A stretch of 64,000 nt of DNA from Balanoglossus misakiensis (lineage: Eukaryota; Animalia; Hemichordata). The notes beneath the pieces were generated by a model. That model was not told the origin of the DNA. It did not search any database and saw only the letters and a list, made by a program, of their open reading frames with translations. Shown here one piece after another: positions 52,301 to 64,000 of this stretch. The stretch is from positions 6,393,519-6,457,518 of the forward strand of contig CM082580.2 in NCBI GenBank assembly GCA_040954595.2, given 5' to 3'. How positions within the stretch are numbered: the first letter of the stretch is position 1; each line of letters opens with the position of its first letter. The translations under genes and the position numbers were made by a program.

Positions 52301-55300
52301 TGAGGGCAGTTCAAAATAGGGATTTGTCAGGATTAGCACTGTTTACAGCAGGATTCTGTTTCACTGTGTTAACAGTGTAGGGGTTGGGTCAATATAAAAA
52401 AACAGCTACATTCAATGAAACAGACTAATATAACCACGGTATTATATCGGGAATACACGTACATTTTAAAGGATATATCTGAATGTTTACTATGATATGT
52501 GATGCCTGTGATCATACATGTAGCACTGTAAAGTCATCCTGTGTTGTGAAAAGGAAAAGAAGAAATTATTTATTGCCAACATGTATTACTGTATTGCTAT
52601 TGGATTCAGTAATCCATGGTGACCGGGTGACGTTATAAATTTCGCCCAAAGGGAAGTTGAGTGCATATACAGTACAATCAGGGTTAAATCTCATACAGTC
52701 ATTGTATATATGTGACAATACATGGACAACCATTCAGTTCTGAACAATTGTAAGTGATGAGGAAGTCAATCGAAAGCTTAGTTGCAAAGGCATCTGCCAA
52801 ATTTGGCTTGGCAGTAAAAAAATAATTCACTGATAACATATGTAGTTTGTGAGTGAAGCACCAGAAGTTTATAACATCTTGTTGCAAATTGGTTTGAGCA
52901 GGGACAGTTGTCTTTGTGTTGTGTAAGTTTTGGCTCTGTTTTACTTCACAAGTGGTAATATTTGTTGATGAAAACCAGAACACCCCGATTTCTACCCAGG
53001 ATGACCCTTGGTAGACTGAATCTAGACTAAATCAGGTCTTGAACTGGTCTTAAATTTATCTGCCACAGACACGATAAACTGCATTTTTGTACATGTACAT
53101 GTGATTGTGGTTTACTGAAGATTTACCACACACGGAGTACGTAGTCGTACTAACCTGACCTAAATAACATGGAAGTGGTTTTGAGGTCCATCTTCCTGAA
53201 TGAATCAGTGTGGATGAGAATTCTGGATGGAGATGATAGACATTGCAGAGTTGGCTAAGAGTAAGACTTTGTGAAACCCCAGTACTCCCACTTTCCCAAG
53301 GGGGCAAGGGCTTTTCAGATCTACATGCACGACTTTTATGTCAGCACTTGATAATTACAGATTTAAAGGAACCAGATGTCTTCTGGTGGATGTGGTATTT
53401 TTCGGGAAGTCATTGCAGTTATGCTTGGAAAATGTTATTTAAAAACGTGTGTGATCATGAAATGTACAACGCTCTCGTCCAGCTCAGCCTGAAACTAAAA
53501 TTTCATTTGCTGGGGCCATGCCAATATTGGCATTCTCAAACTGAAGTGCTTTTCCTTTACGTACAGCTGCAGAAACACTATGAAGTGTTTGTTGAGATTT
53601 AAAATGGGGCTGACATCATCAGCCAGTACCACAATGTTCTTTTAAATTAGTTCTAGCGAAATATCACCGTCTTAGATTGTCCTCTGCTCAAATGAAATGT
53701 AGTCATATTTCAAATAGTCATGCAACCCCTTGGAGTCTACAGAAGACTGGAGCAGTCAGTGATTGATTCTCTAAAATCCAGGGTGACAAAAAGAATTTCT
53801 TGATGAAAAATAGTTTTGTGTAAGATGATATTAAACTAGCATGTGGAATTGCATTTTTGGTTGGGTCCTTGAGCATACACCGTGTGTACATGTACATGTA
53901 TATCCTAGATTTCTCAAATGTCTTGTCATTGTATCTGTATTAAAAAGTTATCTGCTGCCGCATTCCTTTTGATGTATTCCCCACATATGGATAAATGAGG
54001 GATTTATTTCACATTATTAGCACATAAGTATTTTCCCAGGTGGAAAAAGGATATCTTGCTTTCGTGTAAAATTTATGCTTGACATGGGGGCTCGAAGATA
54101 ATTTTTCAATTTCTTAGATGTCTTAATTTTTCAATTTCTTAGATGTCTTATTTGTGCCCATGTATGAATCAGGTGTGGTTCTGTAGAATGTTGTAAAAAG
54201 GCATCAATTTAACAGATGTAAATAATATCATATTTTCATGACATTAATAGTTAATATATTCTCTTTTCATTCAATATTTTGATTTTTCAACAAAAAAAAA
54301 TCAAGCTGATGCTGACATATAGAATCTTTTGAATTTTATTGTACAGAGGTAAATATGTATAGAATGTTTTTACCAATGCTGTCAAGGATGTGATCTGTCT
54401 CCATAAATTCCTAATTACTGTCTGCGATACTTCAACTGTCTTAGAAATTCTTGGCTGTAACGGAGGAAGAAACGGTCATGCTCTGGTTTGAAAGGAAATT
54501 GCAAATACAAGGGCCAGGAAATCCACTGACTGCTACAATCCTATATTTAAACTGTATTTGCCCACACTGCCTTTATTCCATCCATCTCAGGGCTCTACAT
54601 TAAAACTGACTTCCTGTGTGGGAGGAAATGGAAAAATCTATGTTGCATTGAATTATTGAGAGTGAATGCTCTCGTTTTGTACATGTATGTCGGACGTCAA
54701 ACTGTGCAGTGGGAAATCGTGTTTTGTACGTATGTGACCCAGATTCATAACGGGAGGAACTGTGTACAAGTGTCACGCAGAGTTCTTTTGCTCCAGAAAT
54801 CCCAATTTGAATTGAAAGATGAACTGAATATTGCACTGTTTCCAGTTGTTGTATTTTCCGAAGGTCGTGATCCCCACATCTTCACTATTTCTTTTATCTG
54901 ATTTGAATTGAGAAGACTTCCTTTTTGCCCTCGGAGACAAAATTTAGGAGATGTACAGTAGATGTTCAATACATCACTGTCTCCTTTGACAGTATTGCAT
55001 ATGAAATTCCCAGTGATGTTAAATGTACATGTATATATTATTTGGCTTGTATAACTACATTTCTGATGGAATATTCTGATTTCTCAGATGAATAAATAGC
55101 TCTGTACGCATCAATACATTGTACTTTAGAATCATATCGCATTTGACATTAAAAAAATAATTGGGAGGTTTCTTTTTAATAGCAAAACTGACCAAATAAT
55201 ACAGTTACTAATTTATTACGTCACAGCTCTGGTATGGCCAACTAATAAATTATGTCATGTCAACAACACTTCAATACATGATTTATTTATGTGTTAACAG

Positions 55301-58300
55301 AGAGGAAAATGCATTTATAGACACTTCATGTGCACTTATTTTTATTTCTAAGGAATATTTAATTATTGAAACGTGGCTAGTAAATTATTTGGACCAGCAG
55401 TGCCTATGCTCAGACAACGCAATGGTCTTTGATCATTCTGTGTTGCTTATAAAATATACATTAGAATTCCTGACACAGCACTGTGTATTGAACATGCAGG
55501 GATGTAATATAAATATTTATTTTTGAACTTAGTGCATTCACCCGGAAAGAGTCTGATAAAGTATTATGAAAACAATTGTTTAAAAATTATTGTGTCAAAT
55601 TTTATATTCGTAATCTTTGAAATGTGCATGTATTGTTCCGGTTGCAAAAAAGACACATTGCTCTAAATCTTTTGAGTAATAGCCAATTACATTGTTATAG
55701 TCATTATCTTTTAATGAGATTCATAACAAATCGTTGGCCAGAATCTAATTATAGGTGGGCTATCTATCACTTGGCTATAATTGGATTTTGTGAGCCTAAG
55801 CAAACAGTTTGTAATGTGTGAATATTTCATTCATAAGGACGTGTAATATCTTAATAAAAAATATACAATTTTGGAGTTCCAAACATTACAGCAGGTTGGA
55901 GAACTAGCAACACAATGGACAATATATGTCTGTGGTGACTTTACAGACAGACCCTCTTCTGCAGAGAGTGAAAAACAGAGAAAATGTATAAATAAAGTGT
56001 TGCCTAGATACAAGAGAGCAAACTCTGTACTTGAAAGGATGAAATATGAATAATCGTAAATCAGGTTTGTTATTAAAATGACCAGCAGACCAAAAGGCAA
56101 ATTTGTTTTACTGGTGAAATTGTAAACTGGGTCAGCTTGGGGATATCTCTCTCGGGTCTGATGTAACTTGTATGCAAAGTGGGATCATGTTGTGAGAAAT
56201 GCACGCTGTGGCATCTGTTGCCGTCTGATTCACCCAGTGTGAAGATAAACTCTTTAGGATGAAGGTCACGACACCCACACGTCACAGAGATGCCTGCTCT
56301 GTATTATTTATTCAGCCTGTGGCAGCTCAGCAAACATGTGACTGGCGTCTAATCGTAATCCATGGCATCTCCACCCAGTCTGTGAAATAAAGGGTTGATT
56401 CATTGCTTTCATCTTGCATGCAAATGTACATACTCTGTGTAAATTTATACAGTGTGCATATGGATGTTGAACAGTGTGGAAAATTGCAGTGTAGATTAGG
56501 AAATATGCTCCCCTCTGGCAAAGGTTTCAATGAGATGTTGGCAAACCTTGAAAAAAGTGCCAGAAATGAGGGCAGTTTATCAATTACACTTCTTGGATAA
56601 TATCCTTTAAAATGCATACAACACCCTGACTGTAAAGAGTTCATAAATTTTCACTCACACCCTGCATGTGCAGTGACTCACACTCATTGCGCTAAATCGG
56701 TTCTTGTCAGTCATGCATGCGATTGTACATTGTATGTGTTACAAGTGTTCGCGCCAAGTTGAGTATCCTTCATTTAGTAAAAAATTCCCTGTTTCTTATA
56801 CATATTTTCCCATTTATCACTTCTTTCCTTCGTTCATTAATTCCTTGGATCCATCCATCCATCCATCCATCCATCCATCCATCCATCCATCCATCCATGT
56901 AATGTTGTTGAGTTGATTACTGGGCAGACAGTTGACGATTGTCAGGCAGGAGTACTCAGTTAATACGTGACAGTTGTGTTAATTTGATTGTCATTGAAAC
57001 ATACATTGATTATAAACGAGTCTCGTCTCATTAACGGTGGAGGAATGTACAGGAATGTATCTCCTCAGTGTCCTGTATCATTATAATTTAGTTACTAGTA
57101 AACTGATGGCGGTTATTTAATGCAATAATAGAAAGCAAGAGACTGGCCTGTTGAAACAATTAAATTTGGAAGTTGCAATTTTTGAAATAAATGCATAATT
57201 CAGGCATGCTTTGCTTGTTGTTTATCCAGACAGTGTTTACTGACCTGGTGAAATTCCATTGGTACCATGAACTCTTGCACCCAGTATTTCATGCATTTTC
57301 CAGATGTATGTCATTGACTTTTTAACAGCAAGCGTTTAGATTGAGATGATTTCTGGCCTCAGTTTGCAGCTCAGGTTACTTCAATTGGTTGTAAATACAT
57401 ACCATACAGTGCTTTGCCCTGAAAACTGTTCTAGGAGTGAGAACCTCAACATATTATTTATTTCAGAATATTGTACTATTCCAGAACTACTTTGTTTATT
57501 TATTTGGAACTGTGCCATATACAAAACATTTACAGACCTGCCCAGTGTGTGTCAGTACAGTACTTTGTTGTTGGCGGGACTCCCAGGGTTTGCAGGGCAA
57601 CTTGAGGTCACCGCCGTCGTGACCCCAACGACCTTTCCTGCTTTTTTCTGGCTGCTTGAAATCTGGAGAATACAGGCATTCCACCTATGTCTCTGGGTAT
57701 AAGCTGCAATAAGCCTTACGGGTGAACTCATGCTTTACTACATGTAAGTCAAGAATGCTGCATAGGCGGGGACAAACACTTACTGGCAAAACTTTGTCCT
57801 CCATTCAGATGCATTTGCCCTAATGAACTTTGAGTAAACTTTTCTGTATATAGAAAAAAGTATCATGGCATATCGGTGTCTATAAATTGGTACATGTATG
57901 CTTTGTTTGTTCCCGGAGACATACTCCATGCATGCATGTATTGAATTGGCATGCTTTATGAGAAATATTTTGGGATTACTAGTACTGTAAAACATATGGG
58001 CTATTTTAGACTTGTGTCTCTTCTCGGGCAGCATTTAGATAGAATGCACACTTACTACTTATAAATAGAGCTTTGTCTATTGAAGTAAAGAAGAAAAGTT
58101 CTGCATTATCACTTTCCATGTGCATTGTATGCCTGGATTGTATATGTCTATGTCTCAGTTTATTGGCTGAAGTATGGCTGCAACATACACATACATTGTA
58201 CCGGTACATGTACATGTTGTTCACCAGATGTATGGTGGCATACATCTCCAGACCACATTATTGTATGATTGTCAAAAACCACTTGATGGCATCATTTCAG

Positions 58301-61300
58301 TTTAGTGTTCCCTAGATAAAGATGACATCTGTACATATCCATGACACATGTAAAACCCAGAGAAAAATCTTTCATATAGACACCATCTTGTTCTTGGAAT
58401 TCTAAACTGTAATAATGCCCCACTAGCATTAGCGTCAGGCAACGGCTTTGGCAATTGATGTTGTTGAACAGGATGAGAGAAGTGGAATAAAAAATCTGGC
58501 ACATGAGAATGGTGTGATTATCGTATCATATTAGGGTTAGGAATTGGAGAAGGGATATTCAGTAGTCCCTTGACAATGTTATGAAATATGGATGTTCTAT
58601 TATGAGACGCATGAATAATTGAATGGATTCTGCCTGCTTCATGCATCAGTTCTGTGAAGAAGAAAAAAGATCTTATTTTTTTCCCTAGAAACGTGAAGCT
58701 TTTGTCCATTAGTTCTTCACTAGATAAGCAAAAGGATCAGATTTTATGTGAATAGTTGCAAATAGCGGTGGATAAGTGTCACTTCTGACAAACTGGATAC
58801 ATGCACATGTATCTGTACTGATAAATACTCGTGATGTACACATGTATCATGTGGGTTTATGTACCCATTCTCTATCTCTGATATGGCTCTGATAAAACTA
58901 AAAAAACTTTATACAAGCCCTAGATTGAGTTCCATCTAATCATAAATCATGCTTGTCTTTGCTTGGGCCTCTCACCATTTCATCAGAGACGACCAATATA
59001 TGAAGACATTTCATTGTGATACACTCAGTGCACAGTATTCTGACTACCCACTACATGCCTCTGAATTCAATGAACTGGTTTTATTGTGATCACGGTGCAT
59101 ATCCAGTTGCGCTATTAACCTCTTAAGTTGTAATAGGATTCCCCTTGTTGACCATATATGGGATTCATTGGTTGACTTGTTTCTTTGCCTGTCTTCATGA
59201 CCTTAGATGACCTTTGTCCCAGGAGTCGGGTCACAGGGCTGTTTAAAGTGCTTTGCAAGTTCCTAGGAACAGTTTAACTGGTGACCATAATATTGATGAA
59301 ACCCTCGCCTGCGGCTCGGGCATCATCAATATTATGGTCAGAGATTACCATCCCTCATGCAGGCTAAAGATCATGATAATGGCCTTTGAACTTCATTATT
59401 ATATAATAATATCTGAGAAAGACAGTGAGTGAACATCAACTATCTGATGTGAATCTACACTGTATAACGCAAACATACTAGGACTTCATCATTTCCTAAT
59501 TAGGTTTGATAATAACTGTCAATATGGATACAGCCGGCATAATTATCTACCAATGAAACACACCTTGGAAAAGTGAATATATACAAACAAAGTGTGTCCT
59601 CGGGTAGATTGTGAACTTTGTTTGTGCTAACGTATCAGGGCAACTACTGTTACTGATATCTTGAGTCAGGAAACTACACCCTGTTTTTATTTTTATGTTT
59701 GAAGTGTAGGTTGACATGTTCATGATAATTGTCTGACACTTAATCAAAGGGTGTGGTGCATAACTTCACAGTGTTGGCCACTCTGGATCTCTCGTCCGTG
59801 CTATTTTGAGCTGACGGTCATATTGTTGCACTGTGCCCACTTGATTTATGGAAGCGTGATAACTGCCATTTAAAATTATTGCATGAGTCATCATATGAGC
59901 CTAGCCTTTCATAAGTTTATGCTGGTCTATTATTTTACCTTGTTCTGTATTTTGACGTGATGGAACTAAAGTAATGAAATATTTTCTAGATACTGTAAAC
60001 ATGCATGTGGTCTGTATTCTCAGAAGCACAACTATCTCAACTATGGAGGATGATGGTCAAAGTATCTTATAATCAGACGTGTACATGTACATCGAATGAT
60101 GAAACAACTACTAAGAAAAAAGGTTTCCTCAATCATTCTCTTATGACTTGTAACTCTGAAAATAATTATTTTATGGCCGTCATATTTCAAGTTGAACTTG
60201 TCTGATGTCGCCCCAGGGAGCTTGAAAATTCACACTACATAAAAATAGTTTTACCAGCACACATTACATATACATGTCAACAACTGCACTGCCCTCTACA
60301 TACTCTATCCCGCTGTGAACTTTGAAATAGGCCAGGTCACATACAAAACAGGAAAACCATGGGGATTCCTGTCCGAGGTCACGCCTCCTGTCCTCCAGAT
60401 AAATAACAAAATACTGTACATGTAGCACTGTACAAATTGCTCATGTAAAACCAAAAACAGAATAGTTCCTTGAATATTTGTCTAGATATTATTATTCCCA
60501 AGCTGGGTGAAGAAACAGATAAGAATGTAAAGAAAACGTATACCCAAATCAAGTCTTCTAACATATTATACGTCAACAATGCAACATAAGTGAAATTTCA
60601 TCTCATTTTGATGTGTGTATGCTTAGTTTGAGTCTGAACATAGTTTTTAATATCGCTCGTTGTCATGGCGTCATATTTCAATAGACAGGGTTGTGTTCTT
60701 TAATATCTACCATTATTTGTAGGCGTTGCAGTATCCAAGCAAAAACTATAATGTCGTAAACAGCTGACCTTTTTTGTATAAATTGAATGTTCTTTGTGAA
60801 ATTCTATAGATCGGTTACATTTTTAACTTCTGAAATGCATAACTACACGTACATCCATGCTCAGTTTGTTCAAGGATTCATTAGAAATCATTGATAAAAA
60901 ATAATCGCTAATAATTGTTGATGCACGTATGACCTTTGTGGCAACTGCCTCCAGTGTTATCAAAATGAAAATTTCAATCATAATTTCAAATCGGATATTA
61001 CTCAATTTCCAAGTACAGTTGTATGGTAATTTGATAGTCAGATCAATCAGAGTGTTAGCTCATCTAGGTAATTCGATGGTGATGATTATATCATTCATCA
61101 CAAACTGCATGCTAATTTCTTTCCATGGTACTTACGCTGTGTTTGTATGAAGATACAATGGACGTGAGAATTCTGAGTCAGTACATGTCCTTGGATACTA
61201 GTATATTTGTGCATGGATACATCAACTTTTACCTGAAAATTAATATAAATACTGACATAGCTGTATAGTTGATAATGTTTATTTCTTTGAAAATGGCATC

Positions 61301-63531
61301 CATGTTAAAATTTCATGCCACAATTGAACCGTTCGGTTGACATCTGAACGTATCGAAAAAAATCCTTGTTATTGTTATTCAACGGTGATATATTGTGTAC
61401 TGGAACAAACAGCATCTGTACTGGCACATGAATTAACAGTATGGTAGCTGTATGATCCCAGGTCAGTTGCATAGAGCAGATGAGTTGTACACTCTGACCA
61501 TGCCCTGGTCAGGCTATGATTCGCGCCCTCACATGGTGGCTGCCACACCAGGAAGACAGTGACCTTCTGTAGGCAAGACTTGTGACTTGGTTGACATACA
61601 TGTACATTTATGGTGTTTCTCTGTACAGTAGCAGTGATAAGAGGTAGTGAAACAGACTTCCAGGTTCTATGAAGTGACTGGTAAACAATATACAGTCCTG
61701 AGCAATATAGTTCAGAAGTGATAGGCACTTTTAGTTGTACTGAACTTCAGTGACCACTTGACTGTGAACAATGTATTTATAAACATACGGTACATTTGTG
61801 CATGATACATGTATGGTGTTTGTATATTAGAACATGATTGTGTGGTCCGACATGTTATATTCCAAGTATTCAGCATTGATAGGTTTCAGGGGATTTCTGA
61901 ACAGTGTCAAGTAATAGCAGGGAAGGTCAACAGAAGGTTAATTTCACCACACAGGAAGACCGAAATCCACATGTGTATTGCTGCCTGGGGCGAACAAAGT
62001 TATTTTTACATATACGTTGGTATGAAGGCTACTACTAGTATGGAGGAGGGTGTACTGTACTGTATATCATTGTGTATAAATCGCATATGTACTTGTAGTA
62101 CAAATATTTCTAGGGGGGTCAGCTCTTGGCTAACCCAAACCAGTCAGGGAGTAGCCCTTCTAGCACCTTATTGTCTCACACTGTATTTGTAAGCATATAT
62201 TAACTGCATACACACTATCACAGGGTAGGCTACATGTACTCAAGCTTTAACAAAACTCAATCTGTTGTATAGCAGACAATAAAAGACAATCTGCCTAAAA
62301 CTATATCGTAGTTCCTTTGAATATATTATTAAGTCAACATGACCTTGAGAGAAAAATGTCATAATGATCAGTGAGAAATTAAATCAAAACATACCTTTCC
62401 TTGGTTATGCTCTCAGTTGCATCTTCGCAAAATTTTCAGTGCAAGTGGTCGTCTTCTGGGGATTGAGGTTACATGCACATGTAAACAAAACGTGTATGTT
62501 ATGAAGATGTGAAACTTTAACTCTGAAAGTGACATAAAAATAGCCGTCCGCAGGAAGTGAGGGCACAGATGGACTGCCCTGATTCATCCCGACAAAAGTG
62601 GATCATGTTTAATAAAACTTCCTCCTTCCTCCTGTTGGCTGAAATCCCATCGCCAGTGATTATGTGTGGTCGTAAAAAGTCGTAGACTAAATTGACCCCA
62701 GGTTTATCGAACTCCATTGGGATGCTCCTGTGGTTTTGACCCAACCCCTTTAAGGGGCTTGTGCCAGCTTCAGTGAGGATCATTACTTGAAGGAATTAAG
62801 ATGGGGAACAGGCCGCCTGGCAGGTTCTATCAGTATAATCGAGAATACGTGAACGGCCATCAAACGTCTGTGAACATGACGATGGACGTGCAAATTATTG
62901 TCACGCCAGACGCGTACGAGGAAAGGAGGACGAGATATTTGGTAAAAAATGTTTACCAAATAATTTTTGTGTGTATGGTTCCAGGATGTGAGAGGATTGA
63001 ATCATTTTGACTAAAGTTCTCTCTCTCTTGTGTATTTTGTATTTTCAGGCGTCTATGGATCTGCCGCCAGACAAGGCGAAAGTTTTGAAATCGTATGAAG
63101 ATGAAAAGAAATGGGATCTCATCTGTGATCAGGTATGTTATGTGGTTTGTGCAATTCAACTTAATCCACAGTGGACTAGGCTGTAATCTGTCTTGAAAGT
63201 TGAACGCTAGAATCTGATTTGAAGTTGAGTTTGTCGTGTGGTGTATTTGTGCCATTGTTGATGTCTGATGTTTACAATCATTGGGGGAAAAATAGAGCAT
63301 AGTTGTCTATGGTGTGACAGACAACTACGTGGATGAGACTTCATATTATAGTGCAGTAATTTGATCCTCAACTGAGACAACAATGGAAAGTACATGTACA
63401 TGTACAGCAAAATCATCTATTTGATCAGTCATTTTTCTCTCTCTCAAAAGGAAAAAGTTGTTGCCAAGGAACCACCGGACTACTATGTCAATAAAATTCA
63501 GAAACTTATCGATCCAACTGGCACAACCAAG
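46374..63531 (+). CDS. FMNL: Formin-like protein (FMNL/FRL family), N-terminal GBD region; continues past the right window edge
   Basis: Exons, all phase 0. 46374-46484: [37 protein letters not shown]|GTGAGT, with an MGxxxS myristoylation motif. 63049-63132: [28 protein letters not shown]. 63451-63531: [27 protein letters not shown]. This matches the FMNL signature PMP..ELE.RF..VL..M.LPPDKA..L..Y..EKKW.LICDQE. Confidence 0.92.
51395..51558. mobile_element. Short hairpin-rich MITE-like element in FMNL intron 1
   Basis: TACAGATCA...TGATCTGTA inverted termini with TA at the outer ends. Internal palindromes GCTAACCCA..TGGGTTAGC and TAACACTGGGC..GCCCAGTGTTA. Confidence 0.5.
54101..54150. repeat. 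Perfect 25-bp tandem duplication
   Basis: ATTTTTCAATTTCTTAGATGTCTTA x2. Confidence 0.9.
56849..56898. repeat. (ATCC)n microsatellite
   Basis: Directly visible. Confidence 0.95.
59282..59340. repeat. Perfect 18-bp inverted repeat hairpin, probably the core of a non-autonomous DNA element
   Basis: TGACCATAATATTGATGA and TCATCAATATTATGGTCA flank AACCCTCGCCTGCGGCTCGGGCA. Confidence 0.8.
62801..62941 (+). CDS. FMNL: Candidate alternative first coding exon of FMNL
   Basis: ATG-initiated 47 codons [21 protein letters not shown] ending at a phase-0 TTG|GTAAAA donor, 107 bp before the shared exon 2. Locally CpG-rich within a CpG-poor intron. Confidence 0.55.
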
Positions 63532-64000
63532 GTGAGAATCATGTAAAACAAACCCCCCTCCCCCCACCCTCATTTCAGATTAACATGTTTATACATGTTG
63601 ATCCACATTTCTGATTTGTGTATGCGGTCTACGTCTTAACTTTTTGTAAGGCTTCATGAAGATAGTATGCCAAACGAACAAAGTGCTGGTGAAATTTACA
63701 GGGGATTTCCCTGTTTCGTTTCAATGCATTGATCAACAAACAGCTGTACGAGTTTCCTTCCCACAGTTTGTTGATTTCACAGAGAAGTGAAACTTTCACA
63801 GAAATTAATACAATGAATTTGTCCAACTTGTTAAAATATAGGGATAAAAAAATTAACATGTGAATTAAAAGAGAACAATTCTCCTTGCTGCATGTCTGTT
63901 CTTGCAAGGGAGTTTTGCGATTACATTTAGTTCTCTGTTATTGGGAAGTTCTTGAAGAAAATTTCCCATGCATTGCCTTGAAAAGTCACCAAATCTGCTG

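Noticed and set aside
63049-63531. DAAM or Diaphanous assignment for the formin exons
   Set aside because: [16 protein letters not shown] and the MG-initiated exon 1 fit the FMNL subfamily.

Overview
AT-rich, intron-containing animal DNA, probably from a marine invertebrate deuterostome such as a hemichordate (inference from gene content and repeat style). I rebuilt the genes by hand from GT-AG junctions and frame-consistent exon phases. Minus strand, left to right: (1) a multi-exon WFIKKN gene (signal-WAP-follistatin/Kazal-acidic linker-Ig-Kunitz) running off the left edge; (2) a secreted kringle + short-chain-collagen-C4-like protein; (3) a ~1.1 kb TIR element carrying an ORF; (4) an intronless ~938-aa multi-pass membrane ORF with a poly-Gly/poly-Ala expansion, between ~350-400 bp direct repeats; (5) four co-oriented truncated WFIKKN paralogues. 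One is follistatin/Kazal plus a mucin-like repeat. Three are WAP + follistatin/Kazal ending in GPI-signal-like tails, one of them with an N/Q/G/Y-rich RGD-containing insert. Plus strand: the 5' part of a formin-like FMNL gene with a ~16.5 kb CpG-poor first intron and a candidate alternative first exon. The most notable system is the tandem 'mini-WFIKKN' array, a possible family of cell-surface-tethered TGF-beta-family ligand traps or protease inhibitors.
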